A stretch of 64,000 nt of DNA from IMG/VR virus record IMGVR_UViG_3300044991_001466, one strand, 5' to 3'. Position 1 is the first letter of the stretch, and each line of letters starts with the position of its first letter. Below are positions 9,149 through 17,118 of the stretch, piece by piece. This stretch comes from a virus. Taxonomy: Duplodnaviria; Caudoviricetes. The translations under genes were made by a program, and so were the position numbers. The notes beneath the pieces were generated by a model. It did not search any database, had not been told where the DNA came from, and was given only the letters and a program-made list of their open reading frames with translations.

Positions 9149-9742
9149 ATGAAATTATTGGATATAATATTTGAGGTTGTTGTAACTAATAAAGAAATGT
9201 TAGGTAAGGGTAAAGATCATGTGGTATATGATTACAAGTCAGACCCAACAAAAGTAATTAAATCTGCGTGGGGTGTTAATAAGGGTGAGTACAAATATGG
9301 TGATAAGTCTAATCAACATATTGTGGATATGAATCCTGACCATATTGAGGTAATTTTAAAATACCCTAATTTATTTCCAAAAGTTTTTAAATACAATAAA
9401 CGATACGCCGTTATTGAAAAATTGGACACAAGTAGGGTTATCCAAGACCAAAAAGAGTTATATAATCAATTAACAAAATACGATGATGTTTTTAGGAATG
9501 TTGTAGAAAGTGATTTTATATCGGGGTTATATTGGACGGTAACCAAGGTGAGTGGGTTCATTCCTAAAATTATTCGTAAGATGAAAAGTGCTGGTGAGGA
9601 TTTAACATTATTGGGGAAATATGTTAGTTTATTTAAGAAATTAAAAACGACTGTGGCACGTTCATCATACTATGGTGTGGATGTTACCGTACATAATTTG
9701 GGATATGATAATGAAGGTAATTTAAAATTGCTAGATTTTTAA
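9149..9742 (+). CDS. leader + minimal protein-kinase-like domain
   Basis: LGKGKDHVVY, VIK, DVTVHNLGY (D-x4-N), ends at LKLLDF. Confidence 0.7.
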   Translation: MKLLDIIFEVVVTNKEMLGKGKDHVVYDYKSDPTKVIKSAWGVNKGEYKYGDKSNQHIVDMNPDHIEVILKYPNLFPKVFKYNKRYAVIEKLDTSRVIQDQKELYNQLTKYDDVFRNVVESDFISGLYWTVTKVSGFIPKIIRKMKSAGEDLTLLGKYVSLFKKLKTTVARSSYYGVDVTVHNLGYDNEGNLKLLDF

Positions 9743-9755
9743 ATATTTACATACA

Positions 9756-10178
9756 ATGAAATTACAGGATATTCTATTAGAATTGTTATTGTTACCTACC
9801 GACCAAGAAAGGTTGAATCAAAATGGGGAAGAGATTATCGACGAATTTGAGGAAGGTCCTTATGTTTTAATTCTAATCAAGAATAAATATAATGGGTATT
9901 ATCAGGTGGGATTGACAAGTGACGAACAAGAATTCACCACCGCAGCTTCCCAAATTAAAAAACCAACAGATAAAACTAACATTCAAATCATTCAGACTTG
10001 GGGTAGAATTGCAAGAAAATTACAACAATGGGTTGGGGAACATGAAAAAATCGCAATAGGGTCATTTAATAAAAGTAGAACCGCAAAATATCGTAGAATA
10101 CTCCAAAATTTTGGATTAGATGTTAGTGAAATATATGAACAAAGTCAGGGAGATTTTTTCTTTATTTACAAAAAATAA
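9756..10178 (+). CDS. leader + hypothetical domain
   Basis: MKLQDILLE leader, promoter variant at 9743. Confidence 0.75.
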   Translation: MKLQDILLELLLLPTDQERLNQNGEEIIDEFEEGPYVLILIKNKYNGYYQVGLTSDEQEFTTAASQIKKPTDKTNIQIIQTWGRIARKLQQWVGEHEKIAIGSFNKSRTAKYRRILQNFGLDVSEIYEQSQGDFFFIYKK

Positions 10179-10243
10179 ATAATTATAGTTATGGTTCTGA
10201 CAAAATAAATAAAGAATCGAGTTTTAAATAAAACAAACACAAT

Positions 10244-11317
10244 ATGATACAAGAACAAATTCCTACAGGTTGGCAAGGTGGTTTTCCTTCTGAAAAACAA
10301 AAGAAAATGAAATATCCAACTGCAGATTTAACTTCATTACCTATGTTGGGTAATATGGATAACATTAATTTACTACAAAGACAATGGGGTGTTAAATGGC
10401 CAATGTTTAGTTGGAATACCCTAAATGGAGAAAAGGACCCAAAACGTTGTTATGTACAATTTGCTCCTTATATTTCAAGAATAGGATATACCAATGAAGG
10501 TAGAATCTATTCCATAATCTGTCCTCAACAAGGGATGTGGATTGGAGATGAGATTTGTATCAATGTGGAAGTAACAGTTACGGGACAAAGAGGATGGGTT
10601 AATGAAGACACAAAGGAGATTGCTGCAGATATGATGGTTGAGGGAAAAATTTGGTTAACACCAGGTGAAAATCAAGGTGGTTTATTAAGAGCAATTTGGC
10701 CATTATTAAAATACAGTTCTCGTAAGTATCCTATCAACAAAGAAAATGCTATTCGTGTTTTAACACATCTACCAGGAAATCCTAAAGAACCTATATTTCA
10801 ACTAGGAAAGGGTTTATCACCAAGATTTAAAAATCCTGAATTTGCTATAAAGGAAGAAGCATATAGTACAGGACATATCAATGTAGAAATAGGAGGAATG
10901 GTAACAACAAGTGATCACAAATTAGATAAGTTTAATCAATACTTTTTAAATCTTTTTAACTTAGGTACGGGTAATATGTTACAAAAGGGTAATGTATTAT
11001 CATGGAATTTATTTTTTGATTCTCCTGAATTGGTTTCAATTCCTGAATGGCAAAATCACGCTGACTATTGGCGTACTTCTATAGGTGCACATCACGGTTC
11101 ACCAGGTGGTGAAGGAACAAGTCCAAGATATTTTGACGGAACCTATTTTGATACCAAAAATTTCGCCATTAAAGAGGTCATAAAAGATATTTTAGAACAC
11201 GTTGTAAAAAACTCCACATTGAGGAAGGGTTTAATATTACTTGTAGAATATTGTCCTAAAACAATATTTGATATATTCTTAAAGAAGGGTGATCAATCTA
11301 AAACAAAAACAAAATAA
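10244..11317 (+). CDS. hypothetical protein (357 aa, Trp/Gly-rich globular, no leader)
   Basis: long ORF, A-rich start context. Confidence 0.8.
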   Translation: MIQEQIPTGWQGGFPSEKQKKMKYPTADLTSLPMLGNMDNINLLQRQWGVKWPMFSWNTLNGEKDPKRCYVQFAPYISRIGYTNEGRIYSIICPQQGMWIGDEICINVEVTVTGQRGWVNEDTKEIAADMMVEGKIWLTPGENQGGLLRAIWPLLKYSSRKYPINKENAIRVLTHLPGNPKEPIFQLGKGLSPRFKNPEFAIKEEAYSTGHINVEIGGMVTTSDHKLDKFNQYFLNLFNLGTGNMLQKGNVLSWNLFFDSPELVSIPEWQNHADYWRTSIGAHHGSPGGEGTSPRYFDGTYFDTKNFAIKEVIKDILEHVVKNSTLRKGLILLVEYCPKTIFDIFLKKGDQSKTKTK

Positions 11318-11320
11318 ACT

Positions 11321-11557
11321 ATGGAAGAAGAATTAATTGGAGCAATTAAATTATTTGCAGGAGGCTACGCTCCTCAAGGATATGTAGAATGCAACGGACA
11401 ATTATTAAACATAAGGGAAAATGAGGCGTTATATGTATTACTGCAAGATAGATACGGAGCAACACCAAATTTATTTGCGGTACCTAAAATGGAACCACCT
11501 ATGGATGGTATGAAATACATAATAGCCACTCGTGGTATATGGCCAGCAAGACAGTAA
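11321..11557 (+). CDS. stand-alone phage tail-collar (MdpB-like) domain protein
   Basis: IGAIKLFAGGYAPQGYVECNGQLL...ALYVLL..RYG...FAVP...YIIA. Confidence 0.85.
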   Translation: MEEELIGAIKLFAGGYAPQGYVECNGQLLNIRENEALYVLLQDRYGATPNLFAVPKMEPPMDGMKYIIATRGIWPARQ

Positions 11558-11581
11558 TATTATAACAAAAACAAAAACAAA

Positions 11582-12310
11582 ATGACAAAAGACGAAGTAA
11601 TCTATAACGTACAATTATGTGACGTTGTATACAAAGAACAAAAAGACATTGACTTCAATGGTCTTGGACTTAAATCCGTTAAATGGATTGACGATAAGAA
11701 ATCAGATACTCAAGCATTTGTTGCTATGAAAGGGAAGTCACTCTATGTGGTCTTCAGGGGAACATCAAGTAAGAAGGACGCTCAGAACGATGTGTCTATT
11801 GATAAGGTTCCATTCATTCTTGATGGTGATAAGGTACATATTGGTTTCAAGTCTTCTTGGGATGCTGTGAAGGACGTTGTAATCAAGAACATCGATAAGA
11901 TGAGTGGGTATAATAAGATTGTTGTATGTGGTCATAGTCTTGGTGCGGCTGTTGCTACCTTATGTGCTTACAACCTTTCTCATGTATATGATACTGTAAT
12001 TGAATGTTGTACCATAGGAAGTCCAAGGGTTGGTAATAAGACCTTTAAGAACAACTATGACAGCCGTAAGATTAAAACCCTCAGGATTGTCCATAATAAC
12101 GATGTGGTGACACATTCTCCATCTATTGGGTACTATCACGTAAATCACATGTTACGTATCGACCACGACGGTAATATTAAGAAGTTTATGATTGATTGGG
12201 AACGTGCTTGGAATTATGTTAAATCCATGGTTACCGGTAAGAACGTTAAAGACCATATGACCAATGGTTATATGAGTTCCCTGAAGAAGTGGTATGACAA
12301 ACAAGCGTAA
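11582..12310 (+). CDS. lipase class 3 family protein
   Basis: VFRGT, VHIGF, GHSLGAAVA, IGSPRVGN, HNNDVV, C-terminal DH. Confidence 0.9.
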   Translation: MTKDEVIYNVQLCDVVYKEQKDIDFNGLGLKSVKWIDDKKSDTQAFVAMKGKSLYVVFRGTSSKKDAQNDVSIDKVPFILDGDKVHIGFKSSWDAVKDVVIKNIDKMSGYNKIVVCGHSLGAAVATLCAYNLSHVYDTVIECCTIGSPRVGNKTFKNNYDSRKIKTLRIVHNNDVVTHSPSIGYYHVNHMLRIDHDGNIKKFMIDWERAWNYVKSMVTGKNVKDHMTNGYMSSLKKWYDKQA

Positions 12311-12324
12311 CATTTATATACCAC

Positions 12325-13458
12325 ATGAAAATCCTCTTATCAGAATTACAATATAAAAATTTAGTTGAGCAATCTTCTTATGAGAAGGGGATAATGGATA
12401 GGTCAAGCAATATGTTAGATAAGATATCGAATGTTGACCCACATACATTAATGACGATTACCCAAATAGGTACCGCATTTATTCCTGTTGTGGGTGTATT
12501 CATATCAGCATCTATTGGGTTGGCTGACGCTGGAATGTATTATAATGAAGGGGATAAAACGAGTGCGGGTATTACTGCTGCGTTTTCAATGTTACCGTTT
12601 GTATCCAAAATACCTGGTGTTAAAAAATTGGGGTCCAAGGGGATGGCATTGTTGGCAAGTAAATTGGGTAAGGGGGTTAAAAATTTAACAGAGATAGAAA
12701 TTGGTGTTCTGAATGCTGTGGCTAAAGAGGGTGATATGGTAAAGAGTCAATTAAATAAAGTATCCGCCAAATTATCTCGTTTGGGTAATCAACTTGATTT
12801 ATATAGAAAAAACTATATAACAAAATATGGTGAGAATGAATATACCGCATTATTATGGAAATATCTATATGGTGGTGTGGACGAACAATCATTTGTACAA
12901 ACATTGAAAAATGTTAAAAATCCCAATATAAGAATTAAACCAGCAATAGGTGGTGGTGCGGACCACAGGGTATTTCAATCTGCAATACATGCGGACCAAG
13001 TGATTAAGGCGGAGATTAGACCGGGTGAAGTTAATTTATGGTATAATACGTTTAAGAAGTATCCAAAAGTATTTGCAAATGTAATTAAAAAGGCTAAAGT
13101 AAAAGGTACAAATGGTGCAATGATGGATGCAGTTGTTCTTGAAAAATTAAACACCGAACCTTTTATGAATCTTTGGACTAATATGGAAAGTTTACTTATA
13201 AAAATGGAGAGACAAACTCCTGGTAGTCCTATGGTTGGTTTGGAATCCACATTAAAGAATATACAAAATCCAGCATTTAAAAATGTGTGGAATAATTTTT
13301 TAACATACGTAAAACAAAATAATCCTTCAATATTTGGTAAGGTTAATGAATTGAATGTAATGGTTGGTGAGTTGTATAAAATAACCCCTAAACCCGATAT
13401 CAGACAATTTAATTTTGGATATGATAAGAATGGTCTATTAAAAGCCTTAGATTTATAA
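12325..13458 (+). CDS. leader + pre-toxin-TG-like hairpin + minimal kinase
   Basis: MKILLSELQY; AFIPVVG...GDKTSAGITAAFSMLPFV; IGGGADHRVF, DIRQFNFGYD, ends at LKALDL. Confidence 0.7.
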   Translation: MKILLSELQYKNLVEQSSYEKGIMDRSSNMLDKISNVDPHTLMTITQIGTAFIPVVGVFISASIGLADAGMYYNEGDKTSAGITAAFSMLPFVSKIPGVKKLGSKGMALLASKLGKGVKNLTEIEIGVLNAVAKEGDMVKSQLNKVSAKLSRLGNQLDLYRKNYITKYGENEYTALLWKYLYGGVDEQSFVQTLKNVKNPNIRIKPAIGGGADHRVFQSAIHADQVIKAEIRPGEVNLWYNTFKKYPKVFANVIKKAKVKGTNGAMMDAVVLEKLNTEPFMNLWTNMESLLIKMERQTPGSPMVGLESTLKNIQNPAFKNVWNNFLTYVKQNNPSIFGKVNELNVMVGELYKITPKPDIRQFNFGYDKNGLLKALDL

Positions 13459-13470
13459 TATTTATAACAT

Positions 13471-14082
13471 ATGAAAACATTAAATGAACAAGTAACCCGT
13501 ATCAAACAAATGATGGGGATAAATGAATCGGAAATTGATTTAAATACCTACAAAGAAGAGACACCAATATTACAAGATATTAAACGTGAGGGAACCTCAG
13601 GTGAGGGTAATCCAATAATCTCAATGGTGGTTAATACATATATCCCTTACAATGATGACGTTAATGGTGATTATAAAAGTGGACAATCAGTTAAGATTAA
13701 AGTTGTTACAGAATGGAAAGTTTATCACACCACCCATTATAGAACACCAAGGGAGACATTCTCGCTTAAAAAATGTTTAGATGTAACTTCTGATGTTAAT
13801 TTAACTGATAATGTAATTGGTAGTATTAAACATATATTCAGGGAACATACTAGATCAGGTGAATTATTAGACAAAATATATGGTCCTTATTTTTACGAAC
13901 ATATTAAATCATCAGGGGTTCATACAGAACACGGTAACAAGATTATTGATAACATTAAACAAAATAAAGAAACTCTTGAGAGGTTATTGTTATCTAATGA
14001 AACACCTCAAGAGGAAATCCCACAAGATAACCCAACCATAGACAACAACGTATCTAATAACGATACATGGGCATCAGAATAA
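13471..14082 (+). CDS. leader + hypothetical domain
   Basis: MKTLNEQVTRIKQMMGINE. Confidence 0.75.
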   Translation: MKTLNEQVTRIKQMMGINESEIDLNTYKEETPILQDIKREGTSGEGNPIISMVVNTYIPYNDDVNGDYKSGQSVKIKVVTEWKVYHTTHYRTPRETFSLKKCLDVTSDVNLTDNVIGSIKHIFREHTRSGELLDKIYGPYFYEHIKSSGVHTEHGNKIIDNIKQNKETLERLLLSNETPQEEIPQDNPTIDNNVSNNDTWASE

Positions 14083-14099
14083 TATCAAATGAAAATATG

Positions 14100-14381
14100 T
14101 TATCCTATGGTGATGTTCTTTATATCCCTTATGGATATATTCTTTAATCTTAATGTTCCATGTGCCATCGACACAAACTTACCACCCTGCTGTAAGCTCA
14201 TAAAGACGTAATAGAGGTACTGTGGGTTCAGGACGTCCGTTTGTATCACCTTCACCCCGATGTGTTCAGAATTGAACTCTTTAACGGGTTTTCCGACCGT
14301 TGTTTCGGAACCCTTTCTAACTAACCAGAAATCCGCCTCGGGAAAGTTGGTTTTAAATTCACATAAATCTCCTAATGTCAT
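14100..14381 (-). CDS. small protein resembling a type I R-M HsdS half-domain
   Basis: MTLGDLC...LNPQYLYY...GTLRLKNISIRDIKNITI; own RTATTTATA at 14385. Confidence 0.5.
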   Translation of the reverse strand: MTLGDLCEFKTNFPEADFWLVRKGSETTVGKPVKEFNSEHIGVKVIQTDVLNPQYLYYVFMSLQQGGKFVSMAHGTLRLKNISIRDIKNITIG

Positions 14382-14443
14382 ATGTATAAATATGTCTCTC
14401 TGTTTTTGTGTCCCTTACTATTTGTGGGATATTTATATATGAT

Positions 14444-14728
14444 ATGAAGATTATAATAAACGAAAGTCAAATAAAGAAAATGGTTAATAAATTAAAATGG
14501 GAAGAGGTGAGCGGAAAACTAATCAGAACATATTATTTTAAAGATTATAAAGAAGTAATACCATTTGTTGATTCTGTAATGAAAATTGCGGATAAACAAA
14601 ATCATCATCCAGATATGACCGTTCATTATGATAATGTGAAATTATCCATTACTGACCACGATGCCGGTAAGGTATCTGATAAATGTCACAAATTCACGGA
14701 TGCGGTGGATAACATAATTAAAAAATAA
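14444..14728 (+). CDS. phhB: leader + pterin-4-alpha-carbinolamine dehydratase (start moved to 14444)
   Basis: LIRTYYFKDY...ADKQNHHPDM...DHD PCD signature; leader MKIIINESQI. Confidence 0.85.
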   Translation: MKIIINESQIKKMVNKLKWEEVSGKLIRTYYFKDYKEVIPFVDSVMKIADKQNHHPDMTVHYDNVKLSITDHDAGKVSDKCHKFTDAVDNIIKK

Positions 14729-14744
14729 TATATTTATATAACAT

Positions 14745-15134
14745 ATGAAAAATTTAAATGAACAAGTATCCCGCATAAAGGAAATGATGGGTACTATTGT
14801 AGAACAATCTACACCTACGGGAAATTATAAGGTTGACCCTAATGTGGCCAAATCAAAAGGATTCACAGTCGTTAAAGATAATAACAAAATTATTGTCCCT
14901 AGTATGGCTAAGAATAACGGAAGTTGGATTGCCGTTGGTTCGGTTAATGCCAATGATTATGAATATGTTTTACTTTCAAATGATGGTAGTACATACGCAT
15001 GTAAAGAAAATGGTTGTCACTCATATAACAAACAAACAGGGAAAATCGTGGACTATGGTAATGGTACCATAAAAACGGCACAAGTTAACGTTGGATTGTC
15101 AGCAACAACCACCGTCTTTAACCCACCTAAATAA
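14745..15134 (+). CDS. leader + hypothetical domain
   Basis: MKNLNEQVSRIKEMMGTIVEQ. Confidence 0.75.
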   Translation: MKNLNEQVSRIKEMMGTIVEQSTPTGNYKVDPNVAKSKGFTVVKDNNKIIVPSMAKNNGSWIAVGSVNANDYEYVLLSNDGSTYACKENGCHSYNKQTGKIVDYGNGTIKTAQVNVGLSATTTVFNPPK

Positions 15135-15135
15135 T

Positions 15136-15753
15136 ATGAAAAATAAAATAAAAATTACGGAACCACAACTTAAGATGTTACAAGAATCGTTTAACGATTA
15201 TAACAAACCAACTGAGTCTGATAAACTATTAGACTATAGCCACAATGAAATGAGTCCAGAACAAATTGGTCAAATATTCATATTGGCGGCTAATGTTGGA
15301 GTTATAAGAGATTCCGTTCAAAAATATTTTACAGAATTTGTACAAATGTGGCACACACGAGAAGAGGCTCAAAAACATATTGAATTGTTAAAACAAATGG
15401 TGGATAAAGAAGAGAGTGGTGGTGAAGGAGATTCAATGGATAGTGAGTTTTATAATCGTAATCAGGGTGGTGAAAATTTAAATGAACAAGTATCTCGTAT
15501 AAAAAATATGATGGGGATAAATGAATCCCATCATGATTTAGATGAACCTAGAGAAACTCATATCGATAAAAGTCACGGTTCACCTTATGATAGAGGATCT
15601 GCCGATTCATATTATGGAAGAAGAAGAAATCCACATAAATGGCCTGAAGGAACAGGTCACGGTGAAAAGGTAACATTAACCGACCCTGATGAAATTGAAC
15701 ATTACATGAAAGGTTATAGTGAAAATAACGATTTTAAAGATTGGGGGGAATAA
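15136..15753 (+). CDS. two-module protein with N-terminal and internal leaders (start moved to 15136)
   Basis: MKNKIKITEPQL; internal ENLNEQVSRIKNMMGINE; C-terminal HGSPYDRGSADSYY phage domain. Confidence 0.75.
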   Translation: MKNKIKITEPQLKMLQESFNDYNKPTESDKLLDYSHNEMSPEQIGQIFILAANVGVIRDSVQKYFTEFVQMWHTREEAQKHIELLKQMVDKEESGGEGDSMDSEFYNRNQGGENLNEQVSRIKNMMGINESHHDLDEPRETHIDKSHGSPYDRGSADSYYGRRRNPHKWPEGTGHGEKVTLTDPDEIEHYMKGYSENNDFKDWGE

Positions 15754-15766
15754 AAAAACATTTAAT

Positions 15767-15883
15767 ATGGGAACAGCACCAAAAAAACCACGTGCAAAAA
15801 GAAGTGTACGTTCAGGTAGAAAGAAGATGGAATTATTTAAGAAGAATCAAGAAACCCTTAAGAAAGTAACTAAAGGATTATAA
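15767..15883 (+). CDS. 38-aa basic microprotein MGTAPKKPRAKRSVRSGRKKMELFKKNQETLKKVTKGL
   Basis: clean ATG-TAA filling the gap after 15753; below the ORF-track cutoff. Confidence 0.55.
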   Translation: MGTAPKKPRAKRSVRSGRKKMELFKKNQETLKKVTKGL

Positions 15884-15887
15884 GATA

Positions 15888-15971
15888 CCTCCGGTTTGAA
15901 GACCGGACTTAGGACCGGGACTAGTTACTAATCCCGTTGGGATGTGAATTCGCTACTCACATCCCTTTTTT
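15888..15971 (+). ncRNA. candidate three-hairpin small RNA ending in a terminator
   Basis: TCCGGT/ACCGGA, CGGGA/TCCCG, GGGATGTGA/TCACATCCC plus T6. Confidence 0.5.
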
Positions 15972-15990
15972 GTATATCACAAATAACCAT

Positions 15991-15998
15991 TACCTTTG
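15991..15998 (+). promoter_or_regulatory. Bacteroidota-type -7 promoter box TAnnTTTG (representative)
   Basis: TACCTTTG with TTTG at 15969; also 28825 (+) and 28785, 49482, 51220, 52823, 61895 (-), each just upstream of a gene or RNA. Confidence 0.7.
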
Positions 15999-16012
15999 TA
16001 AAAATTAATATT

Positions 16013-16120
16013 ATGCCAGTAAAGTACAAGAAGATTTATTCCCACACAAGAACCTCTAAAGCGGGTAAAAGAACTAACGTAAAAACCCATGTAAGGAATG
16101 TTGCCAGAAAGAGAAAATAA
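16013..16120 (+). CDS. 35-aa basic microprotein MPVKYKKIYSHTRTSKAGKRTNVKTHVRNVARKRK
   Basis: directly behind the -7 promoter; repeated H-x-R motif. Confidence 0.6.
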   Translation: MPVKYKKIYSHTRTSKAGKRTNVKTHVRNVARKRK

Positions 16121-16147
16121 TTGTTACATTTTTCATATTTATATAAT

Positions 16148-16822
16148 ATGAACATTTACGTATTTGGTGATAGTTTTTCGGTGGAATTTAATCTTGTAGG
16201 GTCAATTCCTAATCAGGGAGGTATGGATTACTGTGATTGGAAAGGGTATATCCCAAAAAAATATTATCATCATTTAAAAGAACATTTTGGTGCTGAAAAT
16301 ATATTTAATTATTCAATTACAGGTAATGATAATGAAAATATGTTTGAGAAATTCACTGAAGTCTACAAAGAAATTAAAGATGATGATTTAATTATTTTTA
16401 GTTGGTCAAATATTAATAGATTTTCTATTGACACAAATATAGATTATCACGTTGAGGACTATAATTCATATTGGGGGTCATCCATTTCTAGCCATGACGA
16501 TGTTGATTGGGTTGGTAAAATGACAATAAATAAATCAGGTTCTTTATATTACAATAGAATGATTTGTTTAATTAATTTCATTAATGAAATATTAAAATCA
16601 AATAAAGTTATTCATTGGACGTGGGATTGTAATCATAAAATTGAGCAGGATACAAGAACTATTAAATTTGAAACAGGGGGAGAAGTTAATGATTTCCATT
16701 GGAATGAAGATACTCACAATAAATTATATGAGGATATGGTCTTAAAGTTAAAAGATGATGACAAAATTTCTGTAAATCTTTGGAAAAGACCTTCTTTTCG
16801 TAATAAACCACGTCTTTTTTAA
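16148..16822 (+). CDS. SGNH/GDSL hydrolase-like (start moved to 16148)
   Basis: VFGDSFS; C-terminal DFHW...H. Confidence 0.7.
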   Translation: MNIYVFGDSFSVEFNLVGSIPNQGGMDYCDWKGYIPKKYYHHLKEHFGAENIFNYSITGNDNENMFEKFTEVYKEIKDDDLIIFSWSNINRFSIDTNIDYHVEDYNSYWGSSISSHDDVDWVGKMTINKSGSLYYNRMICLINFINEILKSNKVIHWTWDCNHKIEQDTRTIKFETGGEVNDFHWNEDTHNKLYEDMVLKLKDDDKISVNLWKRPSFRNKPRLF

Positions 16823-16827
16823 ATTGT

Positions 16828-17094
16828 ATGACTTATTCTAAAGAATATATGGATTGGACGGGGAATGTTATTGAACCGTCATTTGAAATACGTTTGGTGT
16901 CCGCAGGAATGGCCGATGGTACCTATAGTGACGTTAAGTGCGATGGACTTGGTTTTATCGGTATGTATAAAAGAAAAAGTGACCACATGTTACTTTTAAA
17001 AATGAAATCATCCAATGAAAAAGGATATCAGTATCAAACATTCTTGGACGTTAAGAGAATATATGTTCCAAACTTTGAGACTCCGTTCGATTAA
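16828..17094 (+). CDS. hypothetical protein, paralog of 19263
   Basis: CDGLGFIGMYK..LLKMK vs CEGFGFIGMYK..MLKMK. Confidence 0.7.
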   Translation: MTYSKEYMDWTGNVIEPSFEIRLVSAGMADGTYSDVKCDGLGFIGMYKRKSDHMLLLKMKSSNEKGYQYQTFLDVKRIYVPNFETPFD

Positions 17095-17118
17095 AGTATT
17101 GGTAATATTTATATAACA

